From assembly GCA_964485395.1 (NCBI GenBank), contig CAZAJF010000012.1:1-56387 (forward strand): a stretch of 56,387 nt of DNA. The letters are read 5' to 3'. Of the stretch, positions 19,262 to 27,773 are shown piece by piece. The translations under genes and the position numbers were made by a program. This stretch comes from an uncultured Treponemataceae bacterium (lineage in GTDB: Bacteria > Spirochaetota > Spirochaetia > Treponematales > UBA12059). Below the pieces are notes generated by a model, which searched no databases, was not told the origin of the DNA, and was given only the letters and a program-made list of their open reading frames with translations. Each line of letters opens with the position of its first letter. The first letter of the stretch is position 1.

Positions 19262-19788
19262 GCGGATATGAAGCGGGGATACTCGTCGGATAAAAACACG
19301 CCACCCGAAACGGATTTGACCGGCTCGGATTCCGGCACGCAAATCTGTTTCATGTAAATATAATAATCGTTATCGGATTTGTAGAAATCGGGTATATGCC
19401 CGATAAGCTGAAAACCGTGCGAAGGGAAAAATCCGTCCGCAACCGAATTTTCCTTGTTGCGGGATGTTTCTATCCTTAAAACGCCGCAGGAGACCAGGCT
19501 TGAAACTTTATCCATGACAAGGGAAAGCAGCGAACCGCCGAAAGCGGAGTTGCGGTAGCGGGAACCTATCACGAAGGAATGTATGTCGAAGGTATATTCG
19601 GTATCGGGAGATTTATAAAAAAGACAAAAGCCCGCAAGGGTTCGCCCCTCGCGCACTTCCACCAATTCGTAAGGTTTGGCGGGTTTATCTTTCCAAACTT
19701 TCAGGGTTTCCCGCAAGAGGTCCAATTCAATATCTTCGAACACCGCGGTTTCCATGCTCAATAATTCATATTCAACGATATTGACCAT
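19258..19788 (-). CDS. GNAT-family N-acetyltransferase
   Basis: GNAT fold pattern (LAGFCLFYK...FVIGSRYRNSAFGGSLL). ATG at 19788 with AAGAGGA RBS. GC is lower than the neighbouring genes. Confidence 0.7.
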   Translation of the reverse strand: MVNIVEYELLSMETAVFEDIELDLLRETLKVWKDKPAKPYELVEVREGRTLAGFCLFYKSPDTEYTFDIHSFVIGSRYRNSAFGGSLLSLVMDKVSSLVSCGVLRIETSRNKENSVADGFFPSHGFQLIGHIPDFYKSDNDYYIYMKQICVPESEPVKSVSGGVFLSDEYPRFISA

Positions 19789-20007
19789 TTTTTCATCCTC
19801 TTTTTCAATAAACATTATAAATTTACGTTATTAATCTAAAATTTCCACAGTAAGGGTTTTAAAAACCCTGATTTTAGCTTAATTTTAGTAAACAACACGA
19901 TAAATTGCAATAGAACCACCCGGAAATTTAAAAATGATGCGAACTTATGTAAATTTTAAGGATAAACATACCGAAATATAGTAGAAGGCATAATATAGCA
20001 AGGATGG

Positions 20008-21234
20008 ATGATAGTGACAGAATATACCCTGGGCAATGCAGATATAGTTACAGGAAAGAAAGTTATATCAAGTGGATCGCTCGCGGTATCGGGAAGCAAA
20101 ATCGAAGGCTTCAAACCTGCAGGAACCGTTATAGACCTCAAAAAAAATTCATACGTCTACCCAGCGCTTATCAACGTCCATGATCATATGCGGGGAAACT
20201 ACCTGCCGAGAGTAGGTCCTCAGGGTGACAGTTTTTACGTTAACTGGTCATTTTGGGACGCGGACCTGAAATCATCGAGCGTGTACGAAGAGCGCTCAAA
20301 TCTAAGCGTGGAGAACTTATACTTCCTTTCTGCCTATAAAAACCTTTTTTCCGGTGTCGCGACGGTCAACGACCACTTCCCCCACGAAATAAACGAGCAG
20401 TTCATTCCCCGCCTGCCGATTCGCGTAATCCGCGAATATTGCCTTGCCCATGAATGCTCATCCTACGACCTCCATTGGGGAAAAGGCATAGAAATAGAGC
20501 ATGAGCTCGCGGTCATGAATGATTGGCCGTTCATTACCCATCTGGCGGAAGGATTCGACCCCGAGGCACAAGATGGCATTGCAATTCTGGAACGCCTGAA
20601 ATGCCTGGATAGTCACGATGTTTTTATTCATTGCATCGGTTTTTCCGATGAAGACATAGCCAAGACCGCCAAGGCAGGCGCCTCCGTTTCCTGGTGCCCC
20701 GCCTCCAATATTTTCATGTTCAACGCTACCTGCAAAATAAGAAAAATACTGAAAGCCGGCATTAACGTCGCGATCGGAACCGATTCTACGCATACCGGCT
20801 CTGAGAACCTGTTTGCCGAGCTTAAGTATGCCCGCTTGGTATACCAACAAATGTATGGCGAGGATATACCGGCAAAGTCGCTGTTTGACATGGTGACAAT
20901 GAATCCCGCGAAGGCTTTTCGCATGCAGGATAAAATCGGCAGCATCGAGGAAGGCAAGCAGGCTGACATTCTCGTTCTCCGTGCCCATACGGAAGATCAA
21001 TACGAGAATTTCGCAAGCGCTACTATGGAAGATATCGAATTCTTGTCCGTAGACGGAGTACCGGTATACGCGGAAGAACGCTTTTTTGAGCTTATTCCCG
21101 ACACTGGATACGAGGACATCAAAGTAAACGGCAGAAAAATGAAGGTTCGCGGCACCCCGAAAGCACTCTATAAATCGGTGCGCGAGGCGGTCGGATTCAA
21201 GAAGAAACTTGAATACCTTCCGTTTGATTGTTGA
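20008..21234 (+). CDS. amidohydrolase-family protein (metal-dependent hydrolase, deaminase/chlorohydrolase-like)
   Basis: Metal-binding INVHDHM motif near the N-terminus, an HCIG motif and a C-terminal aspartate region typical of amidohydrolase_1. Confidence 0.8.
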   Translation: MIVTEYTLGNADIVTGKKVISSGSLAVSGSKIEGFKPAGTVIDLKKNSYVYPALINVHDHMRGNYLPRVGPQGDSFYVNWSFWDADLKSSSVYEERSNLSVENLYFLSAYKNLFSGVATVNDHFPHEINEQFIPRLPIRVIREYCLAHECSSYDLHWGKGIEIEHELAVMNDWPFITHLAEGFDPEAQDGIAILERLKCLDSHDVFIHCIGFSDEDIAKTAKAGASVSWCPASNIFMFNATCKIRKILKAGINVAIGTDSTHTGSENLFAELKYARLVYQQMYGEDIPAKSLFDMVTMNPAKAFRMQDKIGSIEEGKQADILVLRAHTEDQYENFASATMEDIEFLSVDGVPVYAEERFFELIPDTGYEDIKVNGRKMKVRGTPKALYKSVREAVGFKKKLEYLPFDC

Positions 21235-21311
21235 AAGCCAAGCATGGCGGATACTAAAAAAGTGGTGTATACTATGAATGCGCACGCGCGCCAGGGGAGT
21301 TAAGCGAAGAA

Positions 21312-22379
21312 ATGCCCAAAGCAGTCGTATATCGAGCAAATTCCGTAATCTACTTCCAAGGCGACGTCGGCGATAAAGTATTCGTTCTGCAGCGCGGTAA
21401 GATCAGTTTAAATTACAGCGACATAGAAAACGGAAAAGACATCCGCGAAGTAATCCAGATGGGTGAGTTTTTTGGCGTGAAGAGCGCCATGGGGCATTAC
21501 CCCCGGGAAGAAAACGCCGTCGTGCTGGATGATTCCTCGGTACTCATCTTCACAGTACCCGAATTCGAGCAGTTTGCCGCATCCAACACGCGCATCGTCA
21601 TAAAAATGCTCAAGGTTTTTTCCAACCAATTACGGCGAATACACAATCAGGTAGAAAACCTGATGGAGAATCCTATTGCCGGAGGCACAGAATTCGGCCT
21701 CTTTAAAACGGGGGAATACTACCTCCGCAACCGGATGTACAGCCAGGCGCGCTATGTACTGTCGCGATACCTTACCTATTACCCCGCGGGCAAAATGGCC
21801 GATCAGTGCGCAAAGTTCCTCGAGGCGGCCGAGACCGCGCTGAATCGATATGGCGACGGCAAAGGCCCCTCTCCGCTTCCCGGTTCGGGGGCAAGACCCC
21901 AAGCCGGACAGCAAGCGCCCGAGCAGGAACCGGTAAAAGCCCCGGCATCCCAACAGAAACCGGCGGCGGCCTCCAAACAGCCCCCCGCGCTTTCCGATCC
22001 CGCAAAGGACTATTATAACGCGGTGAGTATTTTTACCCAGGAAAAATTCAAGGAAGCTTTCGTAGAGTTCAAGCGCATCGTCGATAACGACGAAGAATCC
22101 GAGTACACAAGCAAGGCGCAATTCGACATGGGTCGCTGCCTTTTCGCCCTAAGCCAGTGGGACGCAACCATTAAACACTTCACTGCCATTATACAATCCA
22201 CGCCGAAACACGCGGATATGTCCGATATTCTGTACATGATGGGCCAGGCCTGGGACAGAAAAGGCGATTCCGAGCGGGCGAAAGGCTTTTATAAAAAAGT
22301 ATTGACCATTCCCGGCGACGAAGATTCGAGCGCCCGCATAAAGGCGAAAAAAGCATTGAATGCCTTGGGAGGAGCCTAA
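21312..22379 (+). CDS. cyclic-nucleotide-binding domain protein with Pro/Gln/Ala-rich linker and C-terminal TPR-like region
   Basis: N-terminal cNMP-binding fold (FQGDVGDKVFVLQRGKISL...GEFFG). Low-complexity PQAGQQAPEQEPVKAPASQQKPAAASKQPPA. TPR-like C-terminus. Confidence 0.7.
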   Translation: MPKAVVYRANSVIYFQGDVGDKVFVLQRGKISLNYSDIENGKDIREVIQMGEFFGVKSAMGHYPREENAVVLDDSSVLIFTVPEFEQFAASNTRIVIKMLKVFSNQLRRIHNQVENLMENPIAGGTEFGLFKTGEYYLRNRMYSQARYVLSRYLTYYPAGKMADQCAKFLEAAETALNRYGDGKGPSPLPGSGARPQAGQQAPEQEPVKAPASQQKPAAASKQPPALSDPAKDYYNAVSIFTQEKFKEAFVEFKRIVDNDEESEYTSKAQFDMGRCLFALSQWDATIKHFTAIIQSTPKHADMSDILYMMGQAWDRKGDSERAKGFYKKVLTIPGDEDSSARIKAKKALNALGGA

Positions 22380-22382
22380 ACC

Positions 22383-23036
22383 ATGGCAGATTTATCCGCA
22401 TTCATGCGCTTCGCGCGAACGTATCAAGCCGGAGAAATGATTTTCTCGGAATATGAACCCGGCGATAGTTTCTATTTGATACAATCCGGCAGGGTTCGAA
22501 TAACGAAAATCGTCGGCGAAATAGAAAAAAACCTGGACATACTCCAGCCTCCGGAAATTTTCGGCGAGATGGCCATACTGGAAGGCGCTCCGCGTTCCGC
22601 AACCGCCATAGCCATCGATACGGTGAAGGTCCTTGAATTCAACCGCGCCAACTTTGAAATATTGATGATGGGAAACCCCCAGATAGCCTTGCGCCTCTTA
22701 CGCCTTTTCGCGAAAAGAATCTACGACCAGAAGCGCCGCTTCATGATACTGAAACTTGAAGATCCGCAGGCGAAGATAGCGGACGTATTCCTGATGCTCG
22801 ACGAAACCCAAGGAGGCTCGGGAGGCACCCCGGAGCCGGGACAAGGCGACCGGCGCGAATTCAAGGTAACCGTGGACGACGTAGCCCACTGGGCGGGCAT
22901 GACAACGGCGGAAGTGCAGACCATACTCGGTCACTTTTCCAATCAGCGTCGCGTCGAGCTGTACCAGGATCGAATCGTCGTAAAAAATATCAACGATTTT
23001 ATACGTTTCGTCAGTTCCAAACGCAAGAAAACCTGA
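22383..23036 (+). CDS. Crp/Fnr-family transcriptional regulator
   Basis: cNMP-binding domain (FYLIQSGRVRITK...GEMAIL) followed by a C-terminal HTH. Confidence 0.8.
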   Translation: MADLSAFMRFARTYQAGEMIFSEYEPGDSFYLIQSGRVRITKIVGEIEKNLDILQPPEIFGEMAILEGAPRSATAIAIDTVKVLEFNRANFEILMMGNPQIALRLLRLFAKRIYDQKRRFMILKLEDPQAKIADVFLMLDETQGGSGGTPEPGQGDRREFKVTVDDVAHWAGMTTAEVQTILGHFSNQRRVELYQDRIVVKNINDFIRFVSSKRKKT

Positions 23037-23057
23037 CAGGACTGCTGCCATCCCCCT

Positions 23058-23087
23058 TGCCCCTCCCTGTTTTTTATGTGTATAGTC
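23058..23087 (+). promoter_or_regulatory. promoter for tRNA-Thr
   Basis: TTGCCC, 18 nt spacer, TATAGT. It ends about 10 nt upstream of the mature tRNA 5' end. Confidence 0.4.
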
Positions 23088-23097
23088 ATTTTCGTTC

Positions 23098-23170
23098 GCC
23101 GAGATAGCTCACCAGGCAGAGCGGCGCTCTCGTAAAGCGCAGGTATCGGGTTCGATTCCCGATCTCGGCT
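23098..23170 (+). tRNA. tRNA-Thr (anticodon CGU)
   Basis: 73 nt cloverleaf. Acceptor GCCGAGA/TCTCGGC, D-stem GCTC/GAGC, anticodon stem GCGCT/AGCGC, loop CTCGTAA (U33, CGT, A37), T-arm TCGGG-TTCGATT-CCCGA. No CCA encoded. Confidence 0.9.
23125..23170 (+). repeat. attL-type direct repeat (tRNA-Thr nucleotides 28-73)
   Basis: The 46 nt cgctctcgtaaagcgcaggtatcgggttcgattcccgatctcggct are repeated at 25255..25300 with 1 mismatch. Confidence 0.6.
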
Positions 23171-23282
23171 ATAGACAATTCCTTGGATAGCAAGGAATTA
23201 CAGGCTACCAGAAAACTGGCGCCTTGTCCTACAAAACTCACAATGAGAAGTATTCATGAGAATGCTTCCGAAGGGGTGGACA

Positions 23283-23975
23283 ATGCGCCGTTTCTATTTT
23301 CACACTCGTCATGGCATCTACTATTGCCAACTTCGAAACCCTTCTACCGGAAAACTCATAACCGCAAAGAGCACCGGCACGAGCGATCGGGACGAAGCCC
23401 TCGTCATCGCCTCTGAATGGCTGCGTCTCGGAATCCCCTCCGGCAGGGCAAGAAAGCTCCGCCAAGCCAAGGATTGCTTCAACTGCGACACTATACTCCA
23501 AAGTATCAAATCACCCTCATTTTCACGAGAAGACGCTGCAGAGGTACTTGCCGTCCTCGCGGAGCGAGGCTTCATCGATGGGGTTTCCTTACGAGGAGCG
23601 CCAGGGTCCGTCCCATTTATCAACTTCCTCAAAAGTTTTTGGAATCCCGATGAAAGCCAGTATATCCGCAGCGAGCGTGCTCGAGGCCGCATCATCAGCT
23701 TGAGCCATATCCGGGAAATGAGGCGCATCGTTGACCGCTATTGGAGCACTACACTTGGCACGGTTCAGCTCGGGTCCCTTCGTAAGACCGATATCCGGGA
23801 AGCCCTTGTTAAGCTATCCGAAGGAGGCGGTGAAGAAGGAAAGCCGCTGGCTCCCGGAACCATAGGAAAAGCCTTTGGCTGCATTTCCACCGCCGTCAAA
23901 TGGGCAACTGCAAACGACATGATACCGATGAATCCCTGTGAAGGAGTAAGAAAAATCTTGATCGTGCCTAGATAA
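23283..23975 (+). pseudogene. tyrosine recombinase/phage integrase, N-terminal fragment (catalytic domain missing)
   Basis: MRRFYFHTRHGIYYCQLRNPSTGKLITAKSTG... has an arm-binding-type N-terminus and a core-binding domain ending ...WATANDMIPMNPCEGVRK. The catalytic R-K-H-R-H-Y domain is absent and a stop lies at 23975. AGGGG RBS before the ATG at 23283. Confidence 0.65.
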
Positions 23976-24355
23976 CAGGGTAAGCGAATACGGACTCCAT
24001 GGTACTCAGCGCCTTCGATGCTGGCTTCGGCTACCATGGCTTCGTCATCAAAGCGAAGGCCATCGTCGGCGCTTATGCGGGCCATGGAAACAAAAATGGC
24101 TCGTATCGATTCGGCATCATTCTCAATCCCGCTTCCGAGTACATCGATATCCTTGGTACTTCGTCCGCCCGATTCAGTCAGACATTGGAGAAGAAGCCCG
24201 CCTTTGAGCGCGAAACGCTCTCGATACGGAGAGGCAGCGAGCCTCCAGAGCAGGCCTTCATGCATGTAGAGGAGGGTCGCGTACTGGAAGCTTATACCCT
24301 TCTCGATCGCCACGTTTTTCAGCCGCGCCGCTATCGATGCTTCCCGCCCCTTCAT
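23976..24355 (-). pseudogene. AbiEii/AbiGii-type nucleotidyltransferase toxin, truncated after about 125-135 codons
   Basis: N-terminus matches DUF1814/AbiEii (LYMHEGLLWRLAASPYRERFALKGGLLL...TKDIDVL...DGLRFDDEAM...GVRIRLPCYLGTIKI). Downstream residues are junk that overlaps the integrase fragment, so a deletion junction lies near 23950-23975. Confidence 0.6.
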
Positions 24356-24837
24356 AGCAGCGCTTCCGCATAAGCGCGAATCGTCCCTTCCATGCGAAGC
24401 TGTTTAGCGTACTCGAAAAGCTTCTGGACATTTCGAGGCTTAGCCTTAAAGTACTCGCGCAGAGCTTCCATGGCTATGTCGAGGCCGATCGCGTTCCGGA
24501 ATCGCAGGATATCGCAGATAGTCTTTTCCCTATCATAGACAAGAATGGTGCCGGTGTCTGTCTCGTGTTCCTCCACCCCAAGCTCGAAGCGCACGCCGGA
24601 AAAAGAGAAGAGCCTGATCGGCGGGAATTCAGGCAGTATGACCCGCCTGTCCCTACGTACAGCCAGCTGAACATCGGTCGGTTCCCAGGTACCTATACCA
24701 TGAATGGAAAGAGCCGTCCCCAGGCAGAATACGCAACCGGGAATCGCGCGCTGGACATCGGCAAGCTCGGATCTGTTCCCGCCAACGGTAAGGGTATACA
24801 AACCTCTTTTAAGCCGTACCAGAGTGCCCGAACTCAC
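24352..24837 (-). CDS. AbiEi-family antitoxin/transcriptional regulator (type IV TA)
   Basis: 161 aa. N-terminus GTLVRLKRGLYTL is typical of AbiEi. GTG start. The stop overlaps the abiEii ATG (ATGA). Confidence 0.7.
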   Translation of the reverse strand: MSSGTLVRLKRGLYTLTVGGNRSELADVQRAIPGCVFCLGTALSIHGIGTWEPTDVQLAVRRDRRVILPEFPPIRLFSFSGVRFELGVEEHETDTGTILVYDREKTICDILRFRNAIGLDIAMEALREYFKAKPRNVQKLFEYAKQLRMEGTIRAYAEALL

Positions 24838-24970
24838 AAGGTCAGCAAGTTGGGCCGGATGTATGCCGGCAGCGAGGAGGGTTCTGGTTGCGGCATAGCC
24901 GCCCTGGCCGAGACGAGCTCGAGTATCCGTTTCTGGGTCTCTGCTTTCATGTCAACCTTTTGATAAAACA

Positions 24971-24996
24971 TACCACACTTATTGGCAAGTGTGGTA
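24971..24996. promoter_or_regulatory. 10-bp perfect inverted repeat upstream of abiEi (candidate autoregulatory operator)
   Basis: TACCACACTT-attggc-AAGTGTGGTA lies about 135-160 nt upstream of the abiEi start. Confidence 0.4.
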
Positions 24997-25192
24997 GTTT
25001 AGTCTATCTTCCACCGGCAATCCTGACTACCCACGCTTTTCAATGCCGTAGGTCCGTACGGACACAGCTATCTTCTACATGATACCAAATTGCAGCTAAT
25101 CAACAGAAATGGCCAATTTTCGAATGAGAATCAATCATGAGAATTTACGGTATACTCAGGATAAACTGAGATAAGACCAGATAGCAAAGTTC

Positions 25193-25226
25193 TTGACTTT
25201 ACAACTAATTACAGTATACTGATAAC
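25193..25226 (+). promoter_or_regulatory. near-consensus sigma70 promoter pointing into the displaced tRNA 3' fragment
   Basis: TTGACT, 16 nt spacer, TATACT. Confidence 0.35.
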
Positions 25227-25254
25227 GTAAACTATTGTAGGATAAGCAATTAGC

Positions 25255-25300
25255 CGCTCTCATAAAGCGCAGGTATCGGGTTCGATTCCCGATCTCGGCT
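25255..25300 (+). repeat. attR-type direct repeat (copy of tRNA-Thr 3' portion, 45/46 identical)
   Basis: cgctctcAtaaagcgcaggtatcgggttcgattcccgatctcggct. The single difference falls at the anticodon middle position. Confidence 0.6.
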
Positions 25301-25305
25301 GAAAA

Positions 25306-25343
25306 AAGCAAGACCCCAATTATGGGGTCTTGCTTTTTTTTAT
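25306..25343 (+). terminator. strong rho-independent terminator
   Basis: 13-bp perfect stem aagcaagacccca/tggggtcttgctt, 4-nt loop, then T8. Confidence 0.75.
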
Positions 25344-25587
25344 AGGACAAGATTGGGAATCGCATCGCCGTTCGCAGGATGCGAACCACAATAATCTATT
25401 CCTTGCGATCCAACGCGAAGCGATGTACCGGAGTGAGCGCCGGTCCACATTTCGCGACGGCGAAACCTATAATAAATTTCCTTACGGACTAGCGAACGAA
25501 GTTCGCGTCCCAGCGGGAGGACGAGGCGTCATGGATGGCGCCGTAAGCGAACGGAGGCGGCTCAGAGGTTTGAGACAGGATGTCTAA

Positions 25588-25608
25588 AACCGGAGAGGAT
25601 TCCCGATC
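25588..25608 (+). repeat. third, partial copy (21 nt) of the tRNA 3' end/att core
   Basis: gattcccgatctcggctgaaa matches the end of the att repeat plus 4 nt of its flank. Confidence 0.4.
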
Positions 25609-25786
25609 TCGGCTGAAATATCGCGCAATGTATTAATTAATCTAAACGGAATTATACAATCGACGAAATGCTCGAACGGTTAAGAAAATAATGATAATCC
25701 GATTTCCGCGGGCGTTTATGTGCAAACCGGAAAAAATAATCAAAATAAACGTAGAAGTGTTTCTCCAAACCATCCGCATGTCGGCT

Positions 25787-26245
25787 GTCGATTTTAACAT
25801 GGGCTCCACGGAATCGCAGGTACAGGCCAGCATTCAGGAGGCTCTTAGGGAAGGCTACTCACTCCGGCAAGCGGACTATTACTATCGCTGTCAGTTGCCT
25901 TTGTACACGGTTCGGCTTTCCGAATATCATATGGCCCTTACTCCGGTTACCCAGGTTGGCCGGGACGACGCACAGGCCTTTTGCCAGTGGCAGGGAAAGA
26001 TCAACGGCATGGTCGTGCGATTACCTACCGAGGCAGAATGTGAATGGTGTCTGGACTGGACTTGTTTGGTTCCGATTACTATGCGAGAACCCCGCTTCAA
26101 AATCCGATTTGCCCCGACTCAGGTGAATAGAAAGTAATTAGAGGCGACTCGTGGATAGACGTGGGAGGCAGGCATGCAAGCTCAACGAAACGCAACTGGA
26201 TTAAAGAGGCCGTTACCGACGACAATGTCGGATTCCGCGTATGCG
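25787..26245 (+). pseudogene. FGE-sulfatase (SUMF1/formylglycine-generating enzyme) family gene remnant, frameshifted with internal deletion
   Basis: Frame 1 gives VDFNMGSTES...VTQVGRDDAQAFCQW...VVRLPTEAECEWCLDW, the FGE-domain start and the RLPTEAEWEYA motif fused to the GNVWEWxxDW motif. A second frame gives ...DDNVGFRVC, the family's C-terminal GFRCA motif. The region is AT-rich. Confidence 0.5.
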
Positions 26246-27312
26246 CAGCTTTAACTCTCAAGATTCCTGCGAGTCAAAGCCTTAGCGCGCATAAGCATAC
26301 ACTTTCCGGAATCCTGAAAACTCAACGCTCCAAATATAAAATTCCGGTCGGCTGATTACCGTCTTTAGGCTTCAACGTCTATTACCGAGCCTTGCCCTTG
26401 CCCTAGAGGAGCTTTGGCGCGAAATGATTCCGCGGCTTCGTTATCAGGAGTCTTTTCCGCAGCTTCTGACTCCCGAACCGATGGTTGCATCGAATATAGG
26501 GGATCCACTCCACTTCCGATTGAATTGATCATTATTGTTTACCACCTGATAATTAAAATACTCAAGGCTTTTTAAAGGGTCAAGGAATTCTCCTCTACTA
26601 CATGCAAAACGGCGAGCGCAAGATCAAATGACGACCTGATTCTCGGAGGAACAATGCATAAAGCGCAAGCTTCCCCCAGGCAGGGTGGTTTCTTGCGCAA
26701 CTTCCGTCGAAAAGCGCCCCTTGAGCAGGAAGAATTATTATCAGCAAGTAAAGGAAGTATTATGGGAACCTCTGATAACCCTCTTGGTTATCAAAGGTTT
26801 CAAGGCGGTTTCCCGGAAAATCGGGCTTTTTTATCCTCGATCCCCGAAACGGATGTTTTATCGTCCCCAGATATCGAGATACAGATTTATAACCCGCAAA
26901 AACCGTTCAATTTAGGGAACGGCCATTGGAAGCACAGGGAAAATTCCGGAAATCGCGGTATGACTTCAATTCATGATAAAATTACCGGATCCATAGCGCA
27001 ACCCCGGCGCGGCGTAATCAGGTCCTCATCCAGGCAGCTTCTTTAGCCCCGGGCACCGCGATCCGTGTATAAAAATTGTTGATTTGTCCGACAGAGTCCA
27101 GCCTCTCGGGTTTCGAGGATCGTAAAGGTCGAGGATGCGCGGGGTTTCATAAAAAACAGCCGAATCGAGTGGCAAGCTCAGACGCTTTCGGCCCTCGCCA
27201 GGGGTTACCGATTTTTTCACGGCGTTCCATTCCGGAAATTTCGTGTAAATAAAAAATGCAAACTCTTTATGTAAAGGGAATATAAAATATTTTGGGTACC
27301 CCAAAATTTAGC

Positions 27313-27341
27313 ACTTGCCCTCTTTGCAAATCTGTTTCATA
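27313..27341 (+). promoter_or_regulatory. promoter for the H1-like protein gene
   Basis: TTGCCC, 17 nt spacer, CATAAT. Confidence 0.35.
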
Positions 27342-27373
27342 ATAGGAGTATCACTCACTCTAAAGGAACAATC

Positions 27374-27604
27374 ATGGCAGCACCAGCAAACGCAGTTTCC
27401 AAGATCACCAAGAAGATCGAAGCCCTTCAGGTCAAGGCAGCGAAATTCAATGCCGAGATGGTCGAACTCATCAAGTTCGTAAAGGCGGAAGAGAAGAAAG
27501 CGGCTTCAGCGCCCGCCCCGAAAGCTCCGGCTAAAAAAGCTCCGGCTAAAACCCCTGCAAAAAAACCAGCGGCCGCAAAGCCTGTCGTAGCACCGAAGAA
27601 GTAA
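27374..27604 (+). CDS. histone H1-like lysine/alanine/proline-rich DNA-binding protein
   Basis: 76 aa with AAGGAAC RBS. C-terminal KAPAKKAPAKTPAKKPAAAKPVVAPKK repeats. Confidence 0.75.
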   Translation: MAAPANAVSKITKKIEALQVKAAKFNAEMVELIKFVKAEEKKAASAPAPKAPAKKAPAKTPAKKPAAAKPVVAPKK

Positions 27605-27626
27605 CACTCGGTTACGACAACCGACA

Positions 27627-27660
27627 GGAATCTCGGGCTGCATTTTCTGCCCGAGATTCC
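27627..27660 (+). terminator. 12-bp perfect hairpin downstream of the H1-like gene (weak U-tract)
   Basis: ggaatctcgggc-tgcattttct-gcccgagattcc. Confidence 0.4.
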
Positions 27661-27773
27661 CATTTAAAAACCATAGTATTCTGCAAAGATCAGTTTCACG
27701 TATCCGCCACACCGCGCGCGGCCTTCGATTCAGGCTCTATCCATGCGCTTTCAAAAGACTCGCACACGATTGT

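Larger units (their letters stand above)
23098..25300 (+). mobile_element. degraded integrative element at the 3' end of tRNA-Thr (integrase remnant, AbiE module, att repeats)
   Basis: The tRNA is followed by an N-terminal tyrosine-recombinase fragment, a truncated AbiEii and an intact AbiEi. The block ends with a 46-nt direct repeat of the tRNA 3' end (1 mismatch), then a strong terminator. Lower GC than the flanks. Confidence 0.6.

Noticed and set aside
20458-21339. 293-aa minus-strand ORF overlapping the amidohydrolase gene
   Set aside because: It is antisense to a gene with clear amidohydrolase motifs. There is no motif or RBS support.
23173-23200. 9-bp inverted repeat aattccttg-gatag-caaggaatt immediately after tRNA-Thr
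   Set aside because: It could be an integrase arm or core site, or a weak tRNA terminator without a U-tract. The evidence is insufficient to call either, so it is mentioned only as part of the island context.
25330-25587. 85-aa ORF between the second and third att copies
   Set aside because: No RBS, and it lies in a decayed island remnant. Its composition is not protein-like.
26365-26531. Small minus-strand ORF (about 55 aa, MINSIGSGVDPLYSMQPS...) with an AGGTGG SD in the AT-rich remnant
   Set aside because: It has a good SD but is acidic and disordered, with no similarity I recognise. It sits in a region of obvious gene decay, so it is not called. A small-protein homology search could revisit this.
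27500-27600. Short tandem DNA repeats (gctccggctaaaa and related units)
   Set aside because: These are the coding repeats for the KAPAKK motif of the H1-like protein. They are not a CRISPR array or a non-coding repeat.
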